A stretch of DNA of 64,000 bases, taken from Chiloscyllium plagiosum (lineage: Eukaryota). Shown here one piece after another: positions 50,540 to 63,856 of this stretch. How positions within the stretch are numbered: position 1 is the first letter of the stretch; every line of letters begins with the position of its first letter. The notes under the pieces were generated by a model. It searched no databases and was not told where the DNA came from. It worked only from the letters and a program-made list of their open reading frames with translations. The stretch spans positions 25,237,261-25,301,260 of the forward strand of contig NC_057718.1 in the NCBI RefSeq assembly GCF_004010195.1, written 5' to 3'. The position numbers and the translations under genes were made by a program.

Positions 50540-52629
50540 ATCAATCCATGGATCAGAAGAAAATTTGCTGGAAGTAAAGGAATAAACATCTGCCCACATT
50601 TTGGATATCAGAAATTTGAATTTATTGTTTTTGTCTTGCATAATGACAATGCCCTTTTTCAAGTTGCTTGAAACATTTGAAAAATCTGTGTATTTGGATG
50701 TACTGAGATCATAAAAGGTACCACATGAAAGCAAGTACTTTTAAAATTCTCAAATTGTATTGTAATAGCTTAAATTCTTTTCCTAGATAAGGCAAAAATT
50801 CTCAGAACTGACACGCAATGGCCTAATAATTATAAGTATTTTGTTTTAAAAGTATTTTTGTAGAAGACCTTTTGTGCAGTAATATTGTTTATGTACAGAG
50901 TTTCTGACTTATTACCCATCTCCTGATTTAGTAGATGGTGAGATTAACACATCCTAAGATCAGATCATTGATCGATCAGTTGTAAAAATTAAAACTAACC
51001 TTTTTATGTATTGTAGTTACTGCATTAAATTTTAATCTGTGTGAACTATTTTCTTCCTCATGTTGTAGATATTGATTTGTATCCATTCATTGATTTTTGG
51101 TGGGATTTTTCAATTCTTCATGCATAGTTACTTCCTCTATTCCATTGTGTCTTGAAAAGCTTTCAAAACCGGACAATTTGGGCTTAAAACCTCTTCAGGG
51201 TCATGCAACTTCAATGATTCTGTCTTGTTCTGCAACTTGTGAAGAAGGTATCCCAGATGTTGACACCACAGAGAGCAAACTAATTGATGTTGTTTGTGTT
51301 CCCAGCTGCAGCTGAAGCCTGTGGTATTGAAATTTAGGGACATGGTAACCTTGACAAGTAGACATGCTATAAGACCTCCTTTGTGTTGGCATTTTTGGAC
51401 CAATTCATGTCCTTGTTCCTGCAGCAACTCCTCTTGATGTTGTTTGAGATTCAATAGTAGTTCCTGCAATATTCATGTCTCTCCTAATCACCCTGCAGCC
51501 AGGGAAAATAGTAAAGTACAGCTGCAGCTAAAAAAAGTCTGATTTTTAAAAATATATTTTGTATGTATATATGAGCAATGAAAGACTCCCCAAATCCAGT
51601 TAAAGCAGACAGTAAAAGTGCTAGAAAGTCCCCATAACTATTCAAAGACTTGCTTTAAAAGGGTTTGGTATACCACTTAAAACTGTGTTTTAGCCTATTC
51701 TCTTAATATTTGCATAATATTTTATAGATGGGTTTAAGAATGGTCAAATTAAACTCTCCCAGATATTAGACTCTGAAAAGGCCGCTAACACAGGTGGGTG
51801 TACAAAAAAAAACAAAACTACTACCAATTGCAACATCGGTTTGAACTGAGGCCCCTGGCAACAGTGTCAGCCGTAATAAGGAAAACCATTATTACAGGCA
51901 TTGTCCATGTTTATATTTGAACCAACAAGGTAACTTATGAAAAAGTTATATGGCACTCCATTCTGTTATGAAAAGTATAAGCAGTCTATGGCAACCCTAG
52001 TTATTATATCACATTCCCCTCAATCCTTAATGCCAACTATTGCTCACTACTTCTCCCTCAGCCTACCCTAATTTCCTAATTTGTGACTTTGGCCGCAACC
52101 GTTGTCCTAAGACATATGTGTGATTACTCTTTGTTTCTTCGGTCCTATCTTTGGGATATACCTCATTGTATCCAATTTTTGTGCCCTTTGGAATTCCTGA
52201 AGCAGTTCACCTTTCATGACAACTCCTCCCATACATTGAAACAATCTCAAAATTCTGCTCCTTAGTGACGCTCCCAGTCTAACTCGTCCTTGTTGCTATT
52301 CACCTTACTGCTCTCAGAAAAATGAATGGTACTTTCCTTACATTGTAAGGCATGCTTAGCTAATTCCCAGCACTTATTTTTTATTCTCTCTTGGGATTTA
52401 GGCATTGCTGGCATGGACAGCTCTCATTGCCCATTTATAGATGACCTTGAGATGGTGGTGCTGAGTTGACTTCAGTTGCTTGAGTCCATGTGCTGTAGGT
52501 CGATCTACAATGCCATTTGGGGGAGTTCCATTTTTTGATTCAATGACACTGAAACAGCAGCAATATACTTCCAAGTTAGGATGGTGGATAGCTTTGAGGG
52601 GAACTTGCAATTGGCAGTGTTCCCACATA

Positions 52630-52846
52630 CAGTCGGTTCTGCTATAACGTGTAGTTCCGTTCTCATGCAATTCTGTGTTACAAGAAACCATGTAATAGCA
52701 GCACCATTTAAACTAATGGGGCCAGAATTGCATTATAACCAATATACGCTCCAAAAGTTTGCACTATCGAAACAGTGTCCCCAATTTGTCAATCAGATTA
52801 CAGTGAATTCACATTAACGAAACGCACATTATAGCAGAACGACCTG
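52630..52846. mobile_element. Tc1/mariner (pogo/Tigger-type) MITE, 217 bp
   Basis: TA|CAGTCGGTTCTGCTATAA ... TTATAGCAGAACGACCTG|TA: imperfect TIRs beginning CAG with TA TSD. Splits a LINE tail remnant (about 52380-52885). Confidence 0.85.
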
Positions 52847-52929
52847 TACCTGCTCCCCTTGTCCTTCTCGGTGGCAGTGGTCAATCTATCTTGGCTATCT
52901 AAGTGAAGACAGAATGCTAGGATAAGAGC

Positions 52930-53882
52930 TGGTGTTTTCGGGATGTCATCCTGTAAGTAATGGAGTGCCACACAGATCAGTGCTTTACAGTAAATATTAA
53001 TGATTTGGATGAAGGCAGTGAACATATTATCACCAAGTTTGCAGATGCCAAAAAATAGATGGGAAGACAAGTGTTAAGGATGACACAAAGCATCATGGAG
53101 TGATATAATCAAGATAAGTGAGTGAACAAAAACTGAGATGATGGAATAGGATATTGGAAAATGTGAGGTTGTACACTTTGAAAGGAATAATAAAGGAGCT
53201 GAATATAATTTAAATGGAGAAATGCTGCAGAAAGCTATACTACAAAAGGATCTGGGGCTCTCATGCATAAATCATAAACAGTAATACAAAGGTTCCGCAC
53301 ATAAACAGAACAGCAAATTGAAGGTTTGTCTTTATTTCAAAGAGGATGGAATATATAAAAAGGGAAATTTTGCTAAAGCCACACAAGGCACTAGTTAAAC
53401 CACACCGAGAAAACTGTGAACAGTTTGGTCCTTTTATCGAAGAAAAAATGTACTGGCACTGGGGGAAGTCCTATGAAGGTTCACTAGGTTGATTTTGAGG
53501 GATTTTCCTATCAGGGGAGGTTAATAGATTGGGCCTGAACGCATTGGTGTTTAGAAGAATGAAAGACAATATTATTTAGACATATAAAATTCTTAGGGGC
53601 TTGATGGGTAGATGCTGAGAGATTGCTTACTGTTGTAGAGGGCATAGTCTTGGAGTAAGGTGATGAAAAGGAATTTATTTTCCCAGAGGATAGTGCATCT
53701 ACACCACAGAGTGCTACTGAGCTGTTGTTAAGTATATTTATGGTTGTGATACGTTTTTAATCAACAAAGGAATCAGGAGTTATGTGTAGTTGAGGATTAT
53801 CAGATCAACTATGATTCTTATTGAATGGCAGAGCAGATTCGATGGGCCAAATGGCTGACTTATTTTCTTAAATCCTATGTCT
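52930..53882 (+). mobile_element. Old CR1 3' fragment
   Basis: TKFADAK, KCEVVHF and LVKPH remnants with a cctatg tail. Confidence 0.75.
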
Positions 53883-54805
53883 ACTAACTGAAATTATGGA
53901 AGGGAGTTCCAGAACTTGGGGCCTACGTAGCTGAGGTCTGAAATGAGTAATTATTGAGACCTCTGAAGGTTGTCGGGCTTAAAACATAAGATGGAACTTT
54001 TACAAATGTGGCTTTTGTGGACTGTATACCTGCAGAAAGTTGTCAACAGATTGCTAAATCAGAACCAACAGCTAAAGTGGGGAATTATATGGATCTGGGA
54101 GCAGGGTTGCATCTTTCCTGTGAGCTTGAAGATATAAGAAGTGAGCAGATCTGAATGAGAATGGGTGGCAAGGTCTCACTCACTAACTGGAGAGTTGATA
54201 ACTACCTGGCAATGCCTTTTGTTTTGGAAAAACACACTGAATTGAGTGCCTATTAGGCAGTCACACAGCTGAGTAGTAACAGGTCTTCACAGGGATCTAA
54301 GACCTTGAAGGAGTTTATCCAGTCTGCCAAGAGGTGGTTGCTAATCAAAGGCTGTCCAGCAGTACACCACAGGGAAATGGTGGCTCCTTCCAATGCTACA
54401 TCTGCCCGAAATCTCTGATGGACCCACTGATGAAAGTGAATGATGGCAGAAAGAAAGGAGAGTTTGTGAGGTAAGTGAGGTGGGGGCTGATCTTTTCTTA
54501 TGCCGGGTCCTTCGATCAGGAGCTTAATGCCTTCGAACAAGGGATCGCCAGATGTAAGCCTGATGGGTTTTACTTTTTGTACTTCCTATATTCTGGATCC
54601 TCCCTGCTTTGGCACCTTAAGGTAAGCACTAATTGCCTACTTAAGGACATCAATTAGCATTGAGCAGGAAATCCCACTGTGGTCTTAATTGGTATAGAGG
54701 AGACGTCCCTCTTCTCAATTAATCAAATGCACCCCTGTCACTAACTCTGTTAAGGGGCAAAAGGAGTATTAAATATGACCCTACATGACCTTTATTATAG
54801 GATAA

Positions 54806-55012
<207 letters not shown>

Positions 55013-55499
55013 TAAATTCTTTACTGCTCCTTGAACATATTGGTGCACTCTTAAAAATGTGATCTAAAGAATTATGCACATTTTGTCAACTTGATCAATG
55101 TTCAGTTGTGGCTTGGATTATTTGCTTAACAAAAATTACAATCTTGCATTTATTAGATGATTCCAAGCTTAGAAAGTACAGTGTCCTTACCTTGTTGCTG
55201 TTTGGCATTTTAAGCCCACATTTTATTTTCACTTTGTCTCTGCACATATTAAGGTGCAGAAGTGACACAGTTTTGCATAAATAAAGATGAAAAGAAGAAT
55301 AAACTGCAAATGGAAATTGAAATAACAAGCTGCAATTCTCAAAATGCAAAGCTGTTATTTCACATTTGGAAAATGAAAATATCTTTTATGGGTCTGAGTA
55401 ACAAGTGTGGCAAGGCTCATGTTGACATCAGAAGCAGCATATTTTGTGGTTTTCAAAAGCAGTCTGGCAAATACTGAATTGTCAATCAACAGGGATTAA

Positions 55500-57055
55500 T
55501 ATTCAGCCTCACACCTTACTAAACCCACTAACCTAGCTCAATACTGGGGAGAAACTCAACGAGGGCACCTGAGAGACTTAAAGCAGATTCAACTCGCCAC
55601 TTGCTCCAAACAAACTCCATATGTCAGGCTAGACTGTATAGAACCAGCCACGTGCACTGATATCCATGGACATGGGCACTTGGTATGTGCTACCTTCTTA
55701 GAACCCTCACGGCACATCTCTGATTAATTTTAAGATGCATTTGCAAGTCAGTGCTTCATCTGAGGCTGCACTGGCAGCTATCATTTTAATGCTACAGCAA
55801 GAGTTCTGTGTGCTCAGAGACACACACTCAGCTCGGGGACTGGACTCTGCTCAATTTCTTAATGCTCACTCACTCTGAATCCTTCCTGGATGCTCTCTGC
55901 ATCCTGCCTTGTATTGCCTTGCGTTTCCTTTGTGCACTTTGGCCCCTCAGCCAGAGATACAAAGCTCATATTATTGCTGCCTTGCCTTGACAATTAACAC
56001 AAAGCTGTGAAGCTTGTCATGATTGTCAGCAGTCCTCCATTCAGACAAGGACAGTGGCCATTGCTCAAGGGTTTCTGACATGGTAAGTCAAGGGCAGCCT
56101 CTAATACCAGTCCAGGGCCTGCTCAGTGCAGTCAATCTGTCCACTCTACGTAAGAGAGGATCAGCTGAATATCAGGCAGCTAACCATCTGTCTTGACTCT
56201 GTGTGCCCTGTTGGGGGTTGTTTTCCTCCTGGAATGAGAAAAAGTCAGGCATTATGGGAGATGAAACTGTGCAGCACCGGTATTACTTCTGGAATCGATT
56301 GAATAGCACACAGGATTAGTGGTGGATAGCACACAGGATTAGTGGTTTTGGGTTGGTGAGAGAAGATGTGGCATGTGATTTGGGAGTGGCTGAGCATGAG
56401 CATTGTTAGATATGGCACAGTCACAGAGAAATAGCGAGTGTGAGATATTAGAGAGAAGATGATGTCACTTATGGCAGAGTGGAAATTGAACTGAATTAGC
56501 TTTATTGTCACAGATACTCACATGAGTATAGTGAAAAGTTTACAAGGTGCCTTCTAAGGGACATAGGTACCTATGTACAGACCTGATCTACTTCCTACAT
56601 GCTGTGCATTCTTCCAGATGGCTGAAACTGCTCAGACCCAGGTGGCAACCTTGCACCTCGTTGGCACAATCTGGTGACATATGCCTCCACTGCTGGTTTC
56701 GGCAGAGGAAGTCCTGCATCTGCACCACTCCGTACAGCAGGACATGGGGACTCTGCATGCATATTTTCCTGTTTGTCACAACCAAGGCAAATCTAATATG
56801 CTTATTACATTCACAATCATGTAATGTCTCAAAACGTAATGTAAAATCAGTGATTGCAGTTGAGAAGCTCACATTCTTTACACCTGCAACATTTTGTCCA
56901 GCTCCAGCTAGTCTCCTATGCTTCCAAAGCATTCTGTCCAATAAAATGTAATGTGGTTAGTTGGCAGTACAGAACGTAAGTATTTTTGAGAGAATATGCA
57001 TTTCGTTACAGAATTTCATCATGCACTCATAAGGGTAATTAGCTGGAAATTCCAG
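55500..57055 (-). mobile_element. Possible ancient PIF/Harbinger-type remnant (Myb/SANT-like ORF trace)
   Basis: ORF 56588..56941 has VLLYGV...W.....ANEV......ECTACRK spacing reminiscent of the Harbinger Myb-like domain. No TIRs confirmed. Confidence 0.3.
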
Positions 57056-57922
57056 AATAACAACATTTATATTGTGTGGCACTGCCTTTGATGTTTTGCA
57101 GCCTCAGGCTTGTTGGGTCTGATCAGTACCTTACCTGCTTCAAACAGCTGAAGAAGTATGCTTTTTACTGCAGTCTGTGAGTTGTTGTGATACTTAGAAT
57201 CATGCTGATGCTGAAATTCATGTACAACATTACTCAGTTGTGTGATAGGTAGAAGGCATTCACTTTTCAGGGCAATACCTTGTCAGTACTCTCCCCTCAT
57301 ACAGTATCAATTTTGTTTTTCCTTTACCCTGGTATTTGTTCACATTGCCCTGATAAATGCAAAACAAAAAGCTTTGACAAAATTTGACTTTTTCAGCAAT
57401 GTTCACGTAGATACATATTCAGTCAATGATATGTTAAGCTAACTTTTCCAATACTACTATCTTAGTAACAAATTTTTGAATTGTGGTGAATCTGGACCAG
57501 AAACTGATGAAGATCAGTGAGTGCAAGGCTGAAGAATAAACGTAACCTGGTGCAAATTAGGATACAGGCAGCAGAGGTTTAGGTGAATTCAGTTTTATGA
57601 AAGCCAAAAGTGGCCCCTCAGTGAAGCAATAACTGCAATGCAAAAATACAAGAGAATCCGTCAACATACTGATTTATTTATTTTTACATTAACTTGTGTA
57701 CAAAGAGGCTCTTGAACTCAAAAGCACAGCTGTGGAATTGGCAGCTTAGCACCAGGTGTCCTCTTGTATATCTTACCAATGCGCAAGTTGCATGTCCTGC
57801 TGGAGAGGTGTCATCAAATAAGCAGACCACATTGGAATTTTCCTCCGTGTCCCAGCTCAAGCAGATTTTAAATTCAAGTATCTACAATTCAGAGGTTTGA
57901 ACTTCTCACATTTCATGTCTAG

Positions 57923-58062
57923 GAGAAGATAAAATTCTCCGCCTTTGGAATCCTAGTATGTTCGCCAAGCCAAAAGCATTGATATACGGCCATACCTGCA
58001 TCATTACTGATGTAGTAATCAATGAAACAGATCAACATATCATTAGCCTGTCAACTGAAGGG
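57923..58062 (+). CDS. WDR64: WDR64 coding exon I (140 nt; phase 1 to 0)
   Basis: Acceptor tttcatgtctag, donor GGG|gtaagt. Encodes EDKILRLWNPSMFAKPKALIYGHTCIITDVVINETDQHIISLSTEG with WD40 hallmarks (D..LRLWN, GH). Confidence 0.95.
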
Positions 58063-58179
58063 GTAAGTTACTATTTCATTTTATTCTCGTTTTGTTTTGA
58101 ATAGCTGTTGCTAAGTGTGTATTCATATTTGAGTTAGAAAATAGAATGGAAACTGTAGCATGAATATCCAGGACCCAAG

Positions 58180-58490
58180 AACCACATTCTCGTAAAGCAG
58201 TGGAGAAGTGCCATAACGTGTGAAATATTTTTTTTTGAATGAGATGTTAAACTGGGGTCTCAGCTACTCTCTCAGATGGAATGAATGGAGTTAGTGCCTC
58301 CACTCTCAGGCCACTATCTATTACTCAGCTAGCAGCATCATAATAGATAAGCCAGTCATCCAAATCATTGTTTATGGGATCTTGCTGTGTACTAGTTATG
58401 CTTCCATGCATTACAACAGTAACTATAGATCAAATTGTGTAGTGCTTTGGAATGTCAAGAAAGGCACTATACGCATGCAAGTTATTCATT
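58180..58490 (+). mobile_element. DeuSINE-like remnant
   Basis: gagatgttaaactgggg..ctctctcagatgga..tttatgggatcttgctgtg..cattacaacagt..gaaaggcactata resembles the Deu domain plus tail. Confidence 0.55.
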
Positions 58491-59837
58491 ACCTGTTGCA
58501 TATGAGTTTCTGTTTTGATTTTCTGTAATATGTGTACATTTATGTTTTGATTCGTTTTTATCCTTGTTCATTCACCTGCACAAAGATGCTGTTTATCTTT
58601 TAGCCTTGAGTCTAATAAAGGGTGCAATTACATGAAACCCATGGCTGATTGCTTGGAAACCACTGTTTTCACAAGTCTAACATTAGAATGTTGGAGATCA
58701 TTCACTGTCATATAGCGATGCACAATTCATAGGATCTCTCTCATCTCAAGTTGTTGGATGATTCATACATTGATGATAGCAAGCATTATTGATACAGATT
58801 GTGCTTTTCTATGATCGTCTGTTTAGTGTACACCATAAAGAACTGGATATCTTGAAGTTTATTAACAGTACTAACTATTTACATGGCTATAGCATTACAG
58901 GCATGTACACATAGTCTGGATTCTGTGCTTACTGATAATACTTTGCAATACCGACACATAGTAGTCTGACTGATCACACTGTACTGCCTCCATTGCATAA
59001 AGAGCATGACTAAAGATACTTCAGCACCTTTTATATTTGAACGTGACATTGTGTGATGTCATATGAATGTCTTAAAGGTACAAGCATGTCTAATCTGGAA
59101 TCTATGCTATAATTAAACAACAATTTAATGTGTTATTTGGGTCAGTGATAACTTGGACACTAATGGCTCTGGACGTCCAGACTCTATTGATAACTGCATC
59201 CAAGCTGCATCCTTGGATTCTGGGCAGGGGTTTACAATTAGTTGAGCAGTGCATAAATGAGTAAAAGGCAAGGTTTATGGTAAGCTAGGAGTTGGGAGCT
59301 GAGTGCAGCTACAATATAAGAAGCATGGTGTGGCCTGTCTTACCTTGGAGAGCTGCATACATCAACAAACCTGCAGATTGGTGAGAAAATTGCAGGTAGA
59401 CCCATAGTTAACAAAGTTATGGTGATACCGGGGGAGTCCCAGGTTGTTTCACTAAGTTGATTTAGAAATGCAAACACCTCCTGTATTTATTTTTTTCTGT
59501 ACTAAACATAACCAATTGTTGATTAAATATTTTCATGCATCACTGCTCTGCTGTACTTATTACTAGATGTAGAAGCTGTTGGCTTCAAGACTCATGCACC
59601 TTTAATACTTAAAGACTTGAAGTTCAGCATGATCCCGATTATATATTTTTAAAATGATTCACTACTAGCAATAAGGTACTGCCTCCATCCTAGTGGGTTT
59701 GCAATGAACCACAGTGCTCTAATAATAATATTTAGATTAGATTTTATTCTTGCACTTTATTTGTGTAAGATTACAACCCCAAACCAAACTAAATTGGAAA
59801 TGTAACTAATGTCAGCTTCCTTCTCTCCTCCTCAAAG

Positions 59838-59961
59838 ATGTTCAGGGTCTGGGATGTTCAGACACTTGCTGTGTTGCAAGTCTTCACAACGGGTGAACGT
59901 AAAGGAGATCGGCATATCAACATAATGATCTTTGATGCTAAAAATAAGAGATTAATAACTG
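59838..59961 (+). CDS. WDR64: WDR64 coding exon J (124 nt; phase 0 to 1; last exon seen in window)
   Basis: Acceptor ctctcctcctcaaag, donor G|gtaggt. Encodes MFRVWDVQTLAVLQVFTTGERKGDRHINIMIFDAKNKRLIT. Confidence 0.95.
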
Positions 59962-60429
59962 GTAGGTTATCAAGTTTTATCAACAAGTAAATACAGATGA
60001 TCAATATGACAATTGAATTATTCAGGCTACTTCAGTTCATGTTTAGTTTAGAATTTATGGTGGCAGGTTCCTCAGTACATACATTCTTGTCCCCAAAGCT
60101 ACAATCATATTTGGGACATTTGTCTTCTCATAAGGGAAATTACTTGAGGCAAATGGTGTTTTGTTCAGAAACAAGTTTCTAACTTTACACTGTTAGTAGG
60201 GAACTTCAACTGCTTGAAATGCATATGATTGACCTACCATTCAAATGAATTGTCAATTTGAAAAATCAGTTTCAGTGCCTAAATATCCAATATTAACTTG
60301 CAACATACAAGCATCTTTGAAGAAATGCAAATTATCCCTCTAGTTTCATTTTTGAGAAGAGATCTCTGCATTTGCTGAATGCAAATTGGTATTAATTGTT
60401 ATTCTCCAGAAAGATAGTTGATGCAGGAT

Positions 60430-61095
60430 AGAACTGCAAAACAATCATTGCACATTTCTATATTCACTTACTAAGTTGCATCTTACAAATATGCACCTCC
60501 TAGTTAGGATTCCATCCAATTTCATCCTGGACGTTCTGGGCCTCTGAGCCTTGTCCATGGCAATGGAAATCAATGCTGCGATTGGCATGCTGGTGCTGGT
60601 TGCCATGCACAAACATTGAAACAGCACTCAGATTAGAGAGAACAGTGATGACCCTATTTGCAAGATTGTTGGTAAGACCAGTCTTGTAATGTGTGGAACT
60701 ATCGGTACCCCAGTTTGTATATTGAGCGATGAAGTTTGGCTGATGGTAGACAGTAGTAGAGATGTTCTCCTTGCTGATTTCTTATCTAGCATATCAAAGA
60801 AAGGGAGCACGTGAAGATGTGAAAGGAAAGTCTTATATTCACTTGCAGGTTCAAATATAGCAAACCTATCATCTGCATATGGGTAAAAATGCAAAGGGTT
60901 GGTGTTGGGTGTCATTCCATTGAAGACATGCTCTTCATGAAGGCCAAATGTTTACGAGAGCTGGGTGATCACATCATTCATTTGGACATACACAGTGAGA
61001 TTACAACTGAATTCAACTGCATAAATTGTTGAATTCATAAGCTTGATTAATAGAGATTCACACAAAGATCGCAGATCCAGATAATTATCATATAG
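60430..61095 (-). mobile_element. Old Penelope-like RT remnant
   Basis: ORF 60628..60915 contains YADDRFAIF and LPFFDML (decayed YVDD and LPFLD motifs). Confidence 0.6.
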
Positions 61096-61099
61096 TCCT

Positions 61100-62870
61100 A
61101 ACATAGAACATAGAAGAATACAGCGCAGTACAGGCCCTTCGGCCCTCGATGTTGCGCCGATCCAAGCCCACCTAACCTACACTAGCCCACTATCCTCCAT
61201 ATGCCTATCCAATGCCCGCTTAAATGCCCATAAAGAGAGAGAGTCCACCACTGCTACTGGCAGAGCATTCCANNNNNNNNNNNNNNNNNNNNNNNNNNNN
61301 NNNNNNNNNNNNNNNNNNNNNNNNNNNNNNNNNNNNNNNNNNNNNNNNNNNNNNNNNNNNNNNNNNNNNNNNNNNNNNNNNNNNNNNNNNNNNNNNNNNN
61401 NNNNNNNNNNNNNNNNNNNNNNNNNNNNNNNNNNNNNNNNNNNNNNNNNNNNNNNNNNNNNNNNNNNNNNNNNNNNNNNNNNNNNNNNNNNNNNNNNNNN
61501 NNNNNNNNNNNNNNNNNNNNNNNNNNNNNNNNNNNNNNNNNNNNNNNNNNNNNNNNNNNNNNNNNNNNNNNNNNNNNNNNNNNNNNNNNNNNNNNNNNNN
61601 NNNNNNNNNNNNNNNNNNNNNNNNNNNNNNNNNNNNNNNNNNNNNNNNNNNNNNNNNNNNNNNNNNNNNNNNNNNNNNNNNNNNNNNNNNNNNNNNNNNN
61701 NNNNNNNNNNNNNNNNNNNNNNNNNNNNNNNNNNNNNNNNNNNNNNNNNNNNNNNNNNNNNNNNNNNNNNNNNNNNNNNNNNNNNNNNNNNNNNNNNNNN
61801 NNNNNNNNNNNNNNNNNNNNNNNNNNNNNNNNNNNNNNNNNNNNNNNNNNNNNNNNNNNNNNNNNNNNNNNNNNNNNNNNNNNNNNNNNNNNNNNNNNNN
61901 NNNNNNNNNNNNNNNNNNNNNNNNNNNNNNNNNNNNNNNNNNNNNNNNNNNNNNNNNNNNNNNNNNNNNNNNNNNNNNNNNNNNNNNNNNNNNNNNNNNN
62001 NNNNNNNNNNNNNNNNNNNNNNNNNNNNNNNNNNNNNNNNNNNNNNNNNNNNCCCCTCATCATCCTCCTTCGTCACCTTTTCAAAGAATTCAATAAGGTT
62101 TGTGAGGCACGACTTGCCCTTCACAAAACCATGCTGACTATCCTTGATCACATTATTCCTATCCAGATGTGCATGAATCCTATCCCTTACAATTCTCTCT
62201 AAGACTTTGCCCACAACAGAAGTGAGACTCACCGGCCTATAGTTACTAGGGTTATCCCTACTCCCCTTCTTGAACAAGGGAACCACATTTGCTAGCCTCC
62301 AATCTTCTGGCACTACTCCTGTAGACAACGAGGACATAAAAATTAAGGCCAATGGCTCTGCAATCTCCTCCCTTGCTTCCCAGAGAATCCTAGGATAAAT
62401 GCCATCAGGCCCAGGGGACTTATCTATTTTCACCCTTTCCAGAATTTTCAACACCTCTTCCCTACATACCTCAAAGCCATTCCTTCTACTTAATTGTGAC
62501 TCAGTATTCACATTGACAATAATGTCCTGTTCCTGATTGAATACTGACGAAAAGTATTCATTCAGTGTCTCCCCAATCTCTTCAGCCTCCACACGCAACT
62601 TCCCACTACTATCCTTGACTGGACCTATTCCTACCCTAGTCATTCTTTTATTCCTGACATACCTATAGAAAGCCTTAGGGTTTTCCCTAATCCTACCAAC
62701 TAAGGACCTTTCATGTCCCCTCCTTGCTGCTCTTAGCTCTCTCTTCAGGTCCTTCCTGGCTACCTTATAACTCTCAATCGCCCCAATTGAAACTTCACGC
62801 CTCATCTTTACATAGGCCGCCCTCTTCCATTTAACAAGGGATTCCAATTCCTTATTAAACCACGGCTCCT
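61100..62870 (-). mobile_element. Young 5'-truncated CR1 LINE with an uninterrupted ORF2 segment (spans N-gap)
   Basis: ORF 61177..62847 has no stops in the sequenced parts (NPKAFYRYV, KSPGPDGIYPRIL, NYRPVSLTSVVGK, QHGF). Tail (ttctatg)n at about 61100. Confidence 0.92.
61273..62052. other. Assembly gap
   Basis: Run of N. Confidence 1.
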
Positions 62871-63709
62871 TTCCTTATTAAACCATCAAATAACTAAATA
62901 AAACCTTGTTAAACTTGTGTAACAACTACCAGCTGTTAGGTACTGTGATTAGGGGTCCTTCGAGAATTATGACACTGTGTCACTCCTGAGTTCCTCCTGA
63001 CCAGGAGACCCGTGGGTCCAATAGCAGACTCTGGACAGTTTATTTAATCCTCCTCATTTTACCCCCATCCCAAGGATATTGGGATCCCACTACATCCAGT
63101 TTCAGACTTCCTCCTCAATAGGCAAAGCAGACATGTTTCAGTTTAATCCCATTTCTCTTTGTACTATGCTCTTCCTCAACATGGGGCTTTTAATGTTCAG
63201 AGCAGAATGTGCCAGAGCTCCTGTCCAGTGGTAAAGGGATGGGTTGGAAATCTATTTTAACATCTTCTACTGCTATTATGTATGGAGACTGGGAAGATCT
63301 ATTTAATATTAAGACATCAAAGATGTGGGTATCATTGATGCTTCACATTTAAAACCACTAAAGAGTAGGAAAAATTGTTTGAAAAGCAGTGAAGTAAGTA
63401 TATGGAATCTGTAAAGTTGTAGAAATAGTGGCATAGAATATTTAAACTAAGGAGGGGTGATAACATGTCAAAAGGTAATGACAACACCGTCGTTTGAATA
63501 TTGGCAATATTTTTCAACTACTGCTTGGATTATTTGAAGATTCCAACTTTTGGAAATGGCAGACAAATAGAGTCAAACTCAAGAGACAAAAGGGCTGATT
63601 CACTTTTCAGACAAGCCTTTGACTACTGTCGAGCAGTTCTGTTTGAGACAGTTAGAAGGCTGCTTAACAAATGTAGGACATCAAACATCAATTTAGAAAC
63701 ATCTTTGCA

Positions 63710-63856
63710 AGAAAATAAAACAAAGAACTGCAGATGCAAATAAAATAGAAGTTGTTGGAAAAACTCAGCAGGTTTGGCAACCCCTGTGGAGAGAAAACAG
63801 AACTGAAATTTTGAAGAAGGGTCACCAGACCTGAAACATTAGCTCTGTTTTCTTTC
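63710..63856. mobile_element. Partly fold-back pseudo-LTR insertion (second Penelope-like family)
   Basis: tgaagaa-gggtc-acca-gacct-gaaac motif. gagaaaacagaact pairs with agctctgttttct. Exact 12-bp TSD aacatctttgca at 63698-63709 and 63857-63868. Confidence 0.75.

Noticed and set aside
61224..62096. ORFs of 269-290 aa
   Set aside because: Almost entirely N-gap.
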